Source: Cycas panzhihuaensis (Eukaryota; Plantae; Cycadophyta). Taken from it: a stretch of 64,000 bases of DNA. Both the position numbers and the translations under genes were made by a program. Positions 14,001-27,612 of this stretch are shown one piece after another (positions within the stretch are counted from its first letter, which is position 1; each line of letters starts with the position of its first letter). The notes below the pieces were generated by a model. That model ran no database searches and had not been told where the DNA came from. It saw nothing but the letters and a program-made list of their open reading frames with translations. Where the stretch lies: contig CM041465.1 of assembly GCA_023213395.1 (NCBI GenBank), positions 58,969,741 through 59,033,740 on the forward strand, written 5' to 3'.

Positions 14001-17000
14001 ATTCTAGATTATCTAAATCTTAGAATACCTCTAAATAGTCATTCTTAAAAAGGAATAGTATTAATTCTAATCTTAATCAGAACATTAGTTGTACTTACTA
14101 TCATAAAAAGAGGTACACCATTGATGTCTATAGGAATAGAATTACTTCTAAAGCTTGGAAAGCTTCTAAGGGGATCTAATCACAATGCCATAATTCCCAC
14201 CATTCCCTAATCACTTTTATATCAGCTTTTTCAATGCTAACCACTTAACCGCATTTGTGGATTCTCGATTCTAGTGCTTCCCATCATATGACGGGACACC
14301 AAGAATACCTCACTTCATACCAGTCTGATTCAAACTCTGAAGAAGAAATCTCTTTTGGGAGTAGATCTTAACTTAAAGTTAAGGGAACAAGTGATGTTGC
14401 TTTAAAAGATGGTTCAATTAAGGACATATTCTACATTCCTAGCTTATTACTTGATCTTCTCTAAGTATACTAAATCTACCAGAAAGATCAGGTTGTAGAA
14501 TTCTAGAAAGATAAGTTTATTATCAAATAACCATCAAATAAATTTAAATCAATTACCTCAAGACCTATAGATTACAAAATAAGTCTTCAGAACTTAACAA
14601 ATCTCTAATATTCTAAAATAAAAGTCTTTAGTGCCTTTATAGCCAAATCTGACCTAGTCAATAAACTTTGACATGCTTAATTCGGCCATACGAGTTATGG
14701 AAAACTCTAGTACCTAAGTAAGCATGATATGGTTCATGGCTTATCTACATTAAAAATTGTCTATAGTGTTTGTGAAGCCTATGCCATAGGAAAATAACAC
14801 ATGGACCCTTTTCCAAATCATACTACCTTTCGAGTAAAGGCTCGACTTAAACTTATTCATTCTGATATCTGCGGCCCATTCCAGGTATCTTCGTATTCTA
14901 GAAGCAGATAATTTATCACATTTATCAATGATTTCTCTAGAAAATATTGGGTATACATGCTAAAACTAAGAAGTTAAGTATTTGACATCTTTGTTGAATT
15001 TAAAACTTTAATAAAAACCCAACAAACTCTAAAATCAAAATTTTCAGAATAGATAATACTAAAGAATACTTAAGTAATAATTTTACTACTTACTACAAAA
15101 AATATGGAATGTAATTTCAACATTATGTAGCATATACTCCTTAACAAAATGATGTTGTTGAATGAAAAACTTGTATACTTGTTGAGATGACTAGATGCAT
15201 GTTATATGTAAAAGGTCTTGACTTAAAGCTATGAGTAAAAGGTTTACTCCAACTATTTATTAAATTGTTCACCATGTAAATCTCTATAAAATATTACTCT
15301 AGAACAAAAATGGTCTGGGCATAAACCTTCTATTAAGAATTTAAGAATCTTTAGTAGCATTGCCTAGGGGCATGTTCCCAAAGAAAAATGACAAAAACTT
15401 GATACCAAACGTTTCAAATACATCTTGGTTACAACAAAGAAAGCAAAGCTTATAGGCTTCTAAATCCAACCATGTATAAGATTTTAATTCTACATGATGT
15501 TATATTTGATGAAGATTGTTTGTTATTAAAAACTTCTTTTGTCAAACTACTAATTAAAAACTTGATGACTAATACTCACTTAATTGATCCCAGCGATATA
15601 TAAGTTGATCCTGAATTAATTGAGTCCTTATCTACTCAAGACCAAAACTAAACTTTAAATGAACCAAGTATCTCAACTTTATCTAATTAGCCTACTTCAC
15701 CAAAGCAACAATCCAACAATAGCAAACAACCTATTTGGGCTTAGAAAACTCTTTTTGATACTGGTTATGATGATAATAATCCTTTGGATACCAAAAGAAC
15801 TCATTCCCAAAAACTACAAGCTAATTTTTCCCTAATGTCCAAATTCATGACTAGTAATAATCCTAAAACCTTTAAACAAGCAAGTAACAATCCCATATGG
15901 CAATGAGCTGTGCAAATTTAAATAGATGCTCTTAAAAAGAACTCAACTTGGGATTTAGTTACTCTGCCTCCTAGAAAGAACATGGTAGATTGTAAATAGG
16001 TTTATCGAACTAAGTTTAACTCTTAAGGAAGAGTTGAAAAATACAAAGCTCGTTTAGTAGCAAAAGGTTTCTCATAAATTGATGGTATTGATTATACTGA
16101 AACCTTTGCTTCTGTAGCTAAAATAAATACCATTAAAACCATCATAGTTCTTATAGCAAAATTTGGTTTAGAAATTTATCAAATGGATGTTAAGAGCACC
16201 TTCTTAAATGACGATCTTAAAGAAGAAATCTACATGAATCAACCTCTTAGTTTTGTTTGTAATCATAATCTTGTTTGTAAATTAAGAAAATCTATTTATG
16301 GCCTAAAATAAGCTCCTTGAGCTTAATACATAAAAATATATGATTATCTTATATAAAATGAATACACTAAGTATATTAATGATCTTAATATTTACTTTAG
16401 ATGCGAAAATGACAATATTACCATCTTTATTCTCTATGTAGCTGATATAATCATTATCAGATCCTTACTCTCTAATATTTATCAATTAAAATCAATCTTA
16501 ATAAATAAATTTAAAATGACAGACTTAGATCTTTTAAACTATTTTCTAGGATTACAAATCTGTCAAACTGATTATGAAATAATGATATCTTAACCTAAAT
16601 ATATTCTAGACTTAATCAAAAGATTTAACATGGAGAATGCTAAATCAACTCCAAATCCTTTATAATTAGGTATAAAGTTATCTATTGATTGTCCCACACT
16701 ACTTTGTGATCCTATGACATATCGACAACTCATAGATAGCCTCATTACCTAACTCATACCTACCTAGATATCTCTTATGATATTGCTTTATGCTCCAGAT
16801 ACATGTAGAATCCTCACGAGTCTCATTGGAAAGCAGTTAAATAGATTTTAAGATACTTACAAGGTACAACATTCTTTAGCCTAACCTATAACTCCTACAA
16901 CAATAACCTAAAATTAACAGGTTATACAAACTTAGATTGAGCAGGAGACACTGATGACTATAAATCTATAGTCGGTTATGTTTTCCTTTTAGACTCTTCA

Positions 17001-17835
17001 CCAATTACTTGGTCTAGTAAAAAAATGTAAGCCTTAGCCTTATCCATAATTGAAGCTGAATATCGAGCTCTAGATTAAATCTCTATTAAGTGAGCTTAGT
17101 TTATTTCCTAACTCATCCATTGTACTTCATATTGATAATCAATGTGCTATATCTATTGCTACTAATCTTATTGTACATTCAAGAACAAAACATATAGCAT
17201 TACATCAACATTTTATACGTAAACTTATAAATGATAAAACTATTCACTTGTCTTATTGTCCTATAGATTTGCAGATTGTAGATATTCTTATAAAGCCATT
17301 AACAGAAGTTAAGTTTTTAAATCTTAGAGATTTACTAAAGATTAAAGAAGTCTCCATCAAAGGGGAATCAACATGTTGAAGTCTTATTCATCTTCTATAT
17401 CATATATTATACAAAATATAACATTAAAGGGATCATGTTAGAGTTATATCCTAATGTTATACTTTTATTAATTATATATTTAATTCGTTTGATAGGTTAT
17501 TACAAAAGTTTGGTGAATTGGCCAACTGTCCAAATCAATGAACTTCTCTCCTATTTATTCTAGAATCTTTCATACATGTTATAGTTGAAAGATTTAGGAG
17601 TCATGTTATATAGGTAGAAGGTTCCTGAAGTAAGAGAGGGAGGATGAGATCCTCAACCATCTCAATTGTTTCATCTTTATTATTATCATAATATTATATT
17701 TATTTTTGAAGCGGTTTTTAATCCCCTGAAGGGGTTTTCCACCTACCAGATCTGGTGCACTTGTGATTACTTGTTAATTGGTTTATTATAGTTTCTCATG
17801 TGCACTGCTTCATGACTTGTACCCTCTCTCCAACA
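11050..17835 (+). mobile_element. Full-length decayed Ty1/Copia element 1 (family A)
   Basis: LTRs 11050-11450 and 17436-17835; PBS TGGTATCAAAGC 11451-11462; PPT ~17425-17435; TSD ggaat/agaat; gag-PR(WILDSSASHHM ~14258)-INT-RT-RH at ~13205-17380 with many stops; removing it restores the Gypsy integrase frame. Confidence 0.95.
11944..12225 (+). repeat. Two short tandem repeat blocks in the Copia 1 leader (~36-bp and ~37-bp units)
   Basis: ccaaatccatggcactaaacatccatggctcacgca about 2.3 copies (11944-12030); aatcgattcaaagcccaagcaatacgaagactgt-like about 2.5 copies (12140-12225). Confidence 0.8.
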
Positions 17836-19025
17836 AGAATGAAGGGTATTTAGAAATTTATTATGGAATGTTCAATATGCAAACAAATAAGTATGAATGA
17901 ATAATATCCCTAGGACTTTTACAACCTTTACTTATTCCCCAACAAAAATAGAAAAACATTAGCATGGACTTCATGATACCAAATTAAAGGGGAAGGATGA
18001 TATATATATAGTAGTTAATTGATTGATGAAATTTGTTCATTTTATACCAATTTCTACTATGTGTAAAGCACCATAATTGGTAGAAACCTTCATCAAATAA
18101 GTTCATAGATTACATGGCTTACTACATACCATCATCAATGATAAGGACCCTAAGTTCTTAACCCATTTTTGGTAAGATCTATTTAGACAAGTTAAGACTA
18201 AATTATCCATGAGTATTAGTTATCATTTCTAAACTAATAGCTAATCAGAGGTAGTTAACAAATGTTTGGAGGGGTATCTAAGAAACAATATGGCAGATAA
18301 ATAGGGCTCTTGGGTTAAATGGTTCAACTTAGCCAAAGCATGGTACAATTCATCATACCATTCTACTATTAATATGTCACCTTTCTAAGCACTATATGGC
18401 TATGAACCAACTCAATTAAAAGAGTGGGTAATCAAGGACACTAGAATTCTAGCCATTGCAAATCACCTACAAGAGGTTTATGACACAATGTAAATTCTTA
18501 AAGAATGCCTGACTAAGGCAAGGAATTGCATGAAGTAATAGGCAAATAAACATTAGATAGAGAGGGAGTTCACCATTGGAGATTGTATCTATATGAGATT
18601 ACAATTGTATAAGAAGTCTTCTTTGATAGATTTCTATAAGGAAAATTTAAGCCCCAAATTCGATGGGCCGTATCAAGTAACTCAAAAAGTCAAAGAAGTT
18701 ACCTATGCCCTAGAGCTTTCCTAAACCTCTAAAATACATAATGTGTTCCATGTTTCTAGCTTAAAGAAAAAATAGACATCCATATTCTAGTATAGACTGA
18801 GTTATCTCTATTAAACAAAGAAAGAAAATTGATCCTTATTCTAAAAAACTATTTGAAGAAATTAGGAGAAGTAATCACAATCTAACATAATATAAGAATA
18901 CTTGGTCAAATGAAAATAGCTAGTATTAGAGGATGCTACATGGGAATCAACCAACATCCTCACTCAATACCCAGATCTATAATTTAGATGTTTCAAGGAC
19001 AAAACATCGTGGGGGGGGGGGGACT

Positions 19026-19243
19026 TATTACAAACCCCCAATTAGTTTTGTATTAAAATAATTAGTTTGAAATAGTTTTGGTAGGAAGAGTTATACCTTT
19101 TGGCAAGATCTCACTAGGGAGTATAAAATATATGCTTTTTATATGAATTTATCACCTTTTATAAATACATCTATTTGGATATGATCTAAGTTCTTTCTTG
19201 AAAATTATCGTGAGTTTTCTTATAATTGTTAAGACTTGTATCG
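19026..19243 (+). repeat. 3' LTR of Gypsy A
   Basis: Follows the chromodomain and a G12 PPT (19011-19022); homologous to 1322-1537. Confidence 0.85.
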
Positions 19244-19521
<278 letters not shown>

Positions 19522-21240
19522 TTTAACTAATATTTTTATGTTTTCTATATTATTCATAGGAGAGAGAAGGGACAAATGGGCAAATCTAAGGGACAAAAAA
19601 TGTATTGTATAGCATCTCAAATTATAAATTTAACATGCCTTCAAAATCACCAAATTTCAAGGAAAAAGGACCAAGTATAGAAAAAATAAACTTATTTTTT
19701 ATTATGTCATGCAACCTTCTAAAATACAAGTCACAGGGGTTAGTATTTAGATAATAAGACCAACCCTAAAAAAATCCAACAATTGGCCCCAAAAATGGTA
19801 ACCCAAACAACCCAAAGGGTACATTAAGTAATGTGATGATGTGCCTTTTTTGGTTATCTTTGGGTTGTTGTGGATTTGTTATTTGGCTTAGTAAGAGCAT
19901 GATCCTATGTAAGGGGTTGGACTCCTTTTTTTCTACGTAATGCAGTCCCATGCACAAGTAATGAGATAAATGACAAGATAAAATCAAATCTTGTCTTGAA
20001 TGCAAGGGGTGGAAATACTTAGGCAATGAACTTTCAATGGCTTCCAAAATGGGGGGCTTGGATGAAGCTATTATTGCTTAAGCAAATTCAAATCCACATG
20101 ACATCAATCCATTGTTTTGAACTCTCTTATTCATTTTCTCGCCAAATACAATTAGGTAAGTAATGACGGGAGATTTTAATAAATTTTGATAGCTTTAAAG
20201 TGTGTTGTCTTTCTTTTGAGTCATATGGAGAGAGTTGCATGGTGGATAGAGTGGTAGAGAGAAATGGAGAAATCCATGGGACTGCATTTCTTCTATTGGC
20301 TCGTTAAAAGTATTAGTGCTACTACAGAGGTTTTTTAGGAAGCCCCACTCTGTTAGACCCTAACCTAAGAGGGTCACTGTTTTCGTCACTGAAAGGCCAT
20401 TGCTAGTAAATACTTAAGTCATTTTGGGGTTTATATCATGGTTGTTATTTGGTTAGTAATTGGATAGACACTTTGGTAACACATTATTAACCCTTTTATT
20501 GAGAGGCCCCATTTTAAAAAAGTGAAGAACAAATTTGGTAACGAGGTCATTATTTTTCTATTTTGTTGTAGGGTGGTGTGATTAAACATACATGTTTGTT
20601 TACTATTCTTTAATGTCATGCATCAATGGTAATGAAAACAAACAAAGAAATAATGATACAAAGATGTCCTCCATCAACACAACCATATTACCAATAACGT
20701 CCAATTGTTAAGCACATGTGGCATACCATTGATAACTGGTGAAGACTTACACTTGAGAACATCTAAAATCCATTGATCTTTGTATCTCTATAAAAATTGA
20801 GTTCTATTCATATATTTTATCAATGAATTGGTACAATTCATGATGTTGGTTGTTGCATCTTTCTATTCTAACTATTGTTTAATAACAAATTGGGTTGTGA
20901 CCTACTAAATGGCAATTTAACTATATAGAACCAAACTAATAGACCAAAAGGCATGTTGACAATTTATTAATCACATCCTAAGGTCATGCCAGAACAATGA
21001 GATATGTGGCCTCTTAGATCCTACCCAGCACAAACTAATAGATCCCAAGGCATACTAGAACAAGGAGAATCGTGACTTGTTAGATAATACCCAACATAAT
21101 TAGACCATGGTGATAACATAATGGAATTGGATGTCCCTTCACTAGGCCGAAAATAAATCTTGAAATATGTTGGTGAGTTAGAAGGCAGTGATGAAAATAG
21201 AGTCTGCCGAAATTCCTGTTTCGCATGATTGGGAAAGTTG

Positions 21241-21260
21241 GTTAACCGTTTTTTGAATTT
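21241..21260 (+). promoter_or_regulatory. Putative promoter element of the host gene: MSA-like AACGG core next to TTTGAA
   Basis: gttAACCGTTtTTTGAAt in a CpG-retaining region just upstream of a CT-rich 5'UTR-like tract; a second CCGTTTGAA at 21654-21662. Short motifs, may be chance. Confidence 0.35.
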
Positions 21261-23045
21261 CTCTTAGACGACAAGCGAAGGCATGACGGGGAAGGTTCAG
21301 CTTTGCTCTTCTTTTCCCTTCCCTCCCAACTCTCTTCTAGGAAACGCCATCACTCCTAAAAGCCTTCCCTTTTCTCATCATTTTTCTCATTCTTGTTGCA
21401 AAAAATTGTTAATTCTAATCCCGATTCTTGTGCAGATTGGCTTCAAGGTCGTTCATTGAGGCCAATTTTGCACAAGTGTACTCAAGTTAGAGTAATCATC
21501 CTTTTTTAAATCTTCTTACTTAAAATCCAGTGCACATTGTCAGTTTAATTGCATTCTTCAAGACCTTGAAAAAGCTTTTCCTTCAACCCCTCTCCAAGTC
21601 CGTCCAGGTGTTATATTTCTTTCAATTTAAACTGTGAATCATTCGAGTCAGCACCGTTTGAATTGTGGTTTAGAACCATTTCCAGAAGTATATTTTGTCC
21701 ATAGCTACTGTTTTGAGAGCATGTTTGGTCCTTTCTGTACAGCTCTCTTTCTCTCTCTCTCTGTCTCTCTTTTTCATTTTTGTTTTTCCTTTTTTTTTTT
21801 TTTAGCTTTTTTCCTTTTTTTCTGAAACATCCTACATTGCTTTGTGGATCTTTATTATACAAGATCCCTGTGTTGGTTGCAGTTGATTCTTTGTAATTGA
21901 CACAAATAGGATTAAGAACCATATTTGTTTTCGTCCATTTCTACCTAAAATTTTCTAGTCAGAAAGACTTTTAAGATGAAATTTAGCATGGTTGCATAAA
22001 ACTCAAAGCAAGGTTTACATCTGGCAAGACTTGAGGCAAAAAGTTAGCATGGCTCCATTATTAGGCTTTTCTAGATGAATTGCCAGTGAAGAAGTTTTAA
22101 CCATTTAGCAAGGAAGTGACTCATCTTCACAACCCTCATATTTTCAGATTTCCTTGTTGAGGTTGTGTGTGAAACAGAATTAGTTGGATTTTGTCCACAG
22201 ATGGAGTTCTGTTGCTCAAATGGCTCATCAGTTTTTCAAGCAATGCCTGCAAGAGTTTTACAAAGCATAAAAGTTGATCAGACTGCAGGGTGATATACAT
22301 TATGAATATCAATTTCCTTTTATTGACAAACATGGTTTTTCTTGGTACAAGCTAGTCACTGCAAAATTCTTGTTCAAAAATGTTACCAGGCTCAATGACC
22401 TCCACAGGAGGTACAGCCTCACCAGGGATATCAAGCTCTCTATGTATGTCTTCTACACTGTCATAAAACTTGGCCTTGATTGTTTGAGGTTTTAATATAA
22501 TCATTGTCTCTACAACACCACAAGCCCCTTTCATTATAAGAATGGTAACCACCAGGAAAACCCTCCAGTTCTTGTTTTAATACAGCTATTGAATGCCATT
22601 GAGTTGGTTAGTTCTTTAGTATGATATCAAGATTGCTAGAAATAAATTAGTACAGTTACATTTGATAGCTAAAATTGATATATAAATAGATAATTGGAAA
22701 AGGTAAGCTAGACTTTGGTCATTTTGTGATCATAGTCTTAATAAAGAATGATCAAAGTGTTTCTCATCCCAAAAAGAGATGTTTTTGTAAGCACAATGAT
22801 TCATATCAATGTTCAACAAAGAAAATCTGCTTCTGAAATGAAGAATTGCTTATTTACCGTGCTTTGTCATTTTGGAACCAGTTTCAAGTGCAATGAGTCG
22901 TCCAACAGAAAGAGCAATCACACCAGAGGTGAGAAACTGGAAAACTCATCTAACTGGCTGATTTTGTGTGGGACAGTTGGCTTCTTTGATATGTGAGTGA
23001 ATGTATTCATTTATCAATTGATTGCAGAGAAAACCAAGAGGCCCA

Positions 23046-23141
23046 ATGGACAGTGAAAGTATGCTGAATAGATCATTGCTGAGTGAGAATGATCTTTTGC
23101 GTTGCCAGCTTAATGATCTGATTGCCCGGGAAAAGAGCCAG
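23046..23141 (+). CDS. Coiled-coil host gene, coding exon 1 (MDSESMLNRSLLSENDLLRCQLNDLIAREKSQ)
   Basis: Acceptor ttgcag at 23027, ATG at 23046, donor CAG|gtataa; 32 codons, phase 0, in frame with the next exon. Confidence 0.75.
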
Positions 23142-23246
23142 GTATAATTTTCTATTTTTAGAGCATTGCAATATATTTTTTAAAGTTGTATATTGCTATA
23201 AGCCTTGTTTTACTGATTAAATCCCCCCATTTTTTGGATTCCATAG

Positions 23247-23666
23247 CGTGCTGAGCTTCAAAGGCTACGGCAACATAGAGATGCAGAGGTAGCTTCGTTG
23301 GTGCAGTCTGGCACCTCACAAATGAAGGGTGAACTTGAGCAATTGAAATCAATGCTGCAGAGTACTTCTTCACAGCTGTTGCAAGCTCTTAGTGAAAGAG
23401 AGCAGGCCAAAGCCCAGAAAGAGAAATTAGCTCGGGCACTTGAAGAATCTAGACAAAATGCAGCCAGTCATGAAGTAGGCTCCAGAGAGAGGATCCGGGC
23501 AATGGAAGAAGCATTAACTGTGGCAACAAGCATAGCAACCAATCTTGCTGCCAAAATTGATGGTTTCCAGCACCATGTTTTGCCAACATTCAAACCTACA
23601 GGAGTGGAGAACAAACAAGTTAAGGTTGCACCAGATGTGTCAGAGGGAAAATCTCTCATAGAGCAG
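23247..23666 (+). CDS. Coiled-coil host gene, coding exon 2
   Basis: ccatag| ... CAG|gtgatt; 140 open codons, E/Q/L/K-rich heptad-like sequence (ORF 23298-23747). Confidence 0.88.
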
Positions 23667-23799
23667 GTGATTTTGGGGCAAAATTCTCTTGAATTAGTAG
23701 AACCCAAATTCGTTGTTGAGTTTATCTTCAACTTCTTCATTGAATAATTTTGAAACCAGTGTGCAAGAGACATCTGAAATTGTATGTTACATGTTGCAG

Positions 23800-23883
23800 T
23801 TAACAAGGGTGGATAATGCCCTCACAATGTTGCGGGTGATAGTAGATGCCAAAAATGATACTTTAGTTTTGATCCGTGGCAAG
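23800..23883 (+). CDS. Coiled-coil host gene, coding exon 3
   Basis: ttgcag| LTRVDNALTMLRVIVDAKNDTLVLIRGK |gtttt; 28 codons, phase 0. Confidence 0.75.
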
Positions 23884-24277
23884 GTTTTCCCTCTTCTTGC
23901 TATTTCTCTAGTCAACTGGGAATTTGAATTGTGTAGCACTCAAAAGCAAGAAGCACCTGCCCTACAATTTTTTGAATTTATTTATTTTTTCCCTTTTCTA
24001 ATATTGAATACTGGCATTTTATTCATTCAAAAACAAGATACACAAGTCTTCAATGAAGAACAGAAAGAAATTTCTTGATTTTGCATAGTTATCAAATGGA
24101 AAAAAAGCAGGTAATATTTTTTCATTGAATTAAAGGGAGTGACTAGAATATTGTTCTTGGAGTGAGAATTATTAGCAGAAAATGTGTTTGGATTGAATTT
24201 AGAGGAGTTATTGGAGCATTTTTCTTGGAGTGATGGAATTATCGGCTAAGGTATTCAAATTTCAAGCTGTTGTGCAG

Positions 24278-24433
24278 TTAAAGCAAGAAAATGAAGAATT
24301 ACGATCACAGCTGCAACAAGCAAGAGAATCAAGGCAAGGACAACTTAAAACAATGCAGGCAACTAACAAGGTAGTAGATCAGGAATTTGGAACTGAAAAA
24401 CAGATGCTTCGACAAGAAATGCAATCTTTGCAG
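24278..24433 (+). CDS. Coiled-coil host gene, coding exon 4
   Basis: gtgcag| LKQENEELRSQLQQ...QEMQSLQ |gttatt; 52 codons. Confidence 0.85.
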
Positions 24434-24845
24434 GTTATTTTCACTTACAATCACAATCATCAATTACCTGAATTGAATCGACTACCGAGATTGTTAATGG
24501 AAATATGAAAGTATACAAGAAGCTTGATTGACAAAATCGATTTTGCTAGCTCTTTGGTATAAACTATGCTTTGAACTGTGTGTTTTTCCCTTTAAATAAA
24601 TACATTAAGTGGAATACACTGGGAGCAGATGAAGAAAACAGCAGGGGAAATCAGGATTTGCCACTTGTTTAACTCGTGCTTCTATTTGTCTTTTTGTTCA
24701 TAGTTACACGGATGGTTTCAATAATGATGCAATGTTGTAGGAAAGCATCTTGGCGTAAATTAGAAGTTTCTTCTGGAATATCTTGCAGTAGGCTATTCTA
24801 CACGTTAGTATCTCTTCATTCATTATTAGAAGCCTGCGAATGCAG

Positions 24846-25070
24846 AACCTTTTCAATGATGAAGTTCGGCAGCTCAAATCCAAAATTAAAATTTATGAAT
24901 CAGAAGAACAGCATGGTCAAGAGAGACTTTCGGCAGTTCAGAAAGAGCTTGCTGCTTTGCAAGAAAAGCTCAGTTCAGTGGAATCTTCAAAAGTGTTTTT
25001 GGAGAAAAGCCTTAATGACGAGAGCTCTTCCCGATCTCAACTTGTTTCTGAACTCTTTGCCCTACGAAAG
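24846..25070 (+). CDS. Coiled-coil host gene, coding exon 5
   Basis: atgcag| NLFNDEVRQLKSK...ELFALRK |gtgcct; 75 codons. Confidence 0.87.
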
Positions 25071-25494
25071 GTGCCTCAAATTCCACTCTTCTCATTTGTG
25101 TTAAATTTCAGTTTGAATGAGGACATAAAACATGCATTTCAATTTTTTATACTAAACAAGCTTGTATGTATGCAGGGAGGGTTGATTGTGTATAAAAATT
25201 TGCAGATTAGATGATGAATGGATGCTATTTTCATAGCTTCTAATAGGCCTAGTTTTAGACATCATTTATTTTAGATGTCTTTCACTCTTCAGCACTGTGA
25301 CATTCGTGAGTAAGTTTTTTGCTAAGGCTGTTACTGCCATCTTAGGAATATAGTTCTAGAACTGCGGTGCATGTAGCTCTTCCCGATTATTGTTCTTATG
25401 TTTTATTTCTCCGCAATTTCCTTTTCGTGTTTGTAACAAGTGTCAATTAGTTTCAGAGATTTACATATCGCTCCTCCTCTCTCTCTCTCTTGGA

Positions 25495-26480
25495 AATGCT
25501 CTCATGACCACCTAGGGTTTCCGTTAGCCTTGTCTTAGCCTTCACCGGAGGCAGGCAAGCTGAGCAAGATTGGTGTGGTGGGACTGTTCAATTGCCAGGG
25601 TGTCTGATTTGAAAAGTGTTTCAGTACGAAATTGAATCATAGAAAAGTCTTTTGAGGAATATCTTGTAGCATTGTTAATAGCTGGACCGTTGATAGTTTT
25701 CCATGGATGATTTTGTGAGAAATTGTCCAGAATTAAAATGTTTATATCCCTTTCCTCCAGTGGATGTGATATTTTTTTAGCTGATAACAGAGTTGAGACA
25801 GTGGTGGCAATGGCTAGGGTTCATGATGGACGGCTTTATTCACGTTGTTCTTGTCTAGTGTTAACTTTTAAGGATCTTCGACTGTGGCATTCGAAGATTT
25901 GTTTCTGAGTTCTACTCGTAGAATGAACCATGGAACAAAGAGGGCTGGGGTTCGGCATCACTGCCGATCACCCAAAGCAGTGTAGTCTCCTGGAGTTTGA
26001 GAGGAGCAAGCTTATGGAAGCTTTGCGCTGGTTCTTTTCTGAAGAACAGATGAATGCTACTGGGACAGTACCTGCACTATTGCTGATTTGTTAGTGAAGG
26101 TTTGGGTAAGCTGGTGCACTTCTGTCAAAGTAATAGTTTTAGTTCCCTTTTTTGGCAGATACTGTTATAAAGTTTCTGGAATCATTACTCTGCAATGTTG
26201 GTCCCCTATGAGCAAGATTAGGATCCTTGGTCTAGGGTTCTGTTCTAAGGGTTTTTTTATCATCCATGTTTATTGCCAGGCAGCATTCGGTTTCTGCGAT
26301 GTAGCTAGGGTTGCAAGCTGGTGGTCTAAATTATATGTTCTCTTCCTGGTGTCCTCTGTCTGGGTTTGTGTAGTGGTCATGCTTCTGTTAAGTTTTTTTC
26401 AAGTTGACCTGTTTAAGTTTAGGGTTAAGAGTATAAGTAGTGTCGGCACCATCTATCTTTTAGAGGTTAAGGGTGAAGGT
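25495..26480 (+). mobile_element. Possible degenerate LINE 5'/ORF1 fragment in an intron
   Basis: ORF 26088-26501 contains CWSP...FCSKGFFII, reminiscent of plant L1 ORF1 (DUF4283 region); composition differs from the flanking intron; weak. Confidence 0.3.
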
Positions 26481-27421
26481 TGGCCAAATTGGCCTGGATG
26501 ATTCGTGGGACACCATTTGGGGTCTCCATGATCCATTCTGGATTACATGAGCAATCAACTTTATAGAATTTTGGCTCTGCCAGGATGGCACATTCATAAG
26601 GATATCCATGATTTTGTTGCAATGTGGGTAAGTCTTTTTCCATTTCAAGTTTTTGTTATCATGACACATCAACTGAGCCATCCCTATGCTAACTCAGGTG
26701 CTACGAAAACCAGAGTGATACCTTGGTACTAATCAGTTTAATTAGTTATGACAGCAATGTTTTCAAGCAGCTATCTGGCTAGAGCAAAATAAAATCTATT
26801 TCAGATCCTGGGGCACAATTTAACAGCATGGTTATGACAACATTGTCTAGTTTTCCTTAGTAAACAGTCTTTTGCTTCTAATTACTTATTGGGTCACAAT
26901 TTGTTTTATTAGTCTTTATGTGCTACCCTTTCTACCAGTAACCTCAAACAGGTTCCTGCATCAAGAAATTAAAGTCTATGTTCCTTCCTAATATTTATAC
27001 TGGACAGCAAGCTTCCATCTGCATCATCTGTTGCCCTTATTAGTGCTCATGTTTGGCACAGTTAATACGTGAATTTAGCATCATGCCAACATGGGCAAAA
27101 CAAGTGTTATAATGCCAAGATTTGCAATTTAATGAACCAAGTGTCCATGAGTTATTCAATGTGAAGAAAGTACAATTTTCTGATTTTAGCAAATAGGTAA
27201 TTTGCTGGAAGTGATAATGACTGGGAGAAATATTCTGGTTCTACTCAAAAAAAAAAAAGGGTATCCATTGCAATAATCCTTTAATACGTTTCTAAAGAGT
27301 AATGTATTCTTTGCAGGAAGTTAAAGAACAATGCATTTATAAAGTTTGTTATGCAATTCTGCCTTAGGAAACATTTGAAGGGCCATGGATGTAAACACAC
27401 TGTTTGTATGGAACTGTGCAG

Positions 27422-27472
27422 GATAATGAGAAAACAAAGGCAGAGCTAGAAACCCTGAAACTCAGTCAAAAG
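27422..27472 (+). CDS. Coiled-coil host gene, coding exon 6
   Basis: gtgcag| DNEKTKAELETLKLSQK |gtaaat; 17 codons, phase 0. Confidence 0.75.
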
Positions 27473-27612
27473 GTAAATGACTGCCACGAGTTCCTTGCAG
27501 ATGTCTAATTACTATGCTGATTTGACATCATATGCAAGTTATTCCAAGGGTCCAAGAAAATGGAAAGTTTGATAGAATAAGACAGCTGATTACCGTGTTT
27601 TACAACATGCAG

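Larger units (their letters stand above)
7701..18980 (+). pseudogene. Degenerate gag-pol of Gypsy A (chromovirus, Reina-like), interrupted by Copia at 11050-17835
   Basis: Protease-like LVDLGNTHFFI at ~9001; RT PFGLTNASTTFQ at ~9925; RNase H DYDAS..RIG at ~10410; integrase GHEGFFKTY at ~10988, continuing after 17840; chromodomain YLVK..EDATWES at ~18900-18950; many stops and frameshifts. Confidence 0.9.

Noticed and set aside
19939-20289. 14-bp inverted pair aatgcagtcccatg / catgggactgcatt as MITE TIRs
   Set aside because: Does not extend outward and no TSD.
20930-21110. Degenerate ~66-bp tandem repeat upstream of the gene (a similar weak repeat at 7290-7525)
   Set aside because: Two to three poorly matched copies with no interpretable structure.
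22136-22552. ORFs upstream of the host ATG (e.g. minus-strand KAKFYDSVEDIHRELDIPG...)
   Set aside because: No recognisable homology or consistent splice model; may be UTR intron or an old TE remnant.
23158-23806. Minus-strand ORFs overlapping exon 2
   Set aside because: Antisense shadows of the + strand coding exon.
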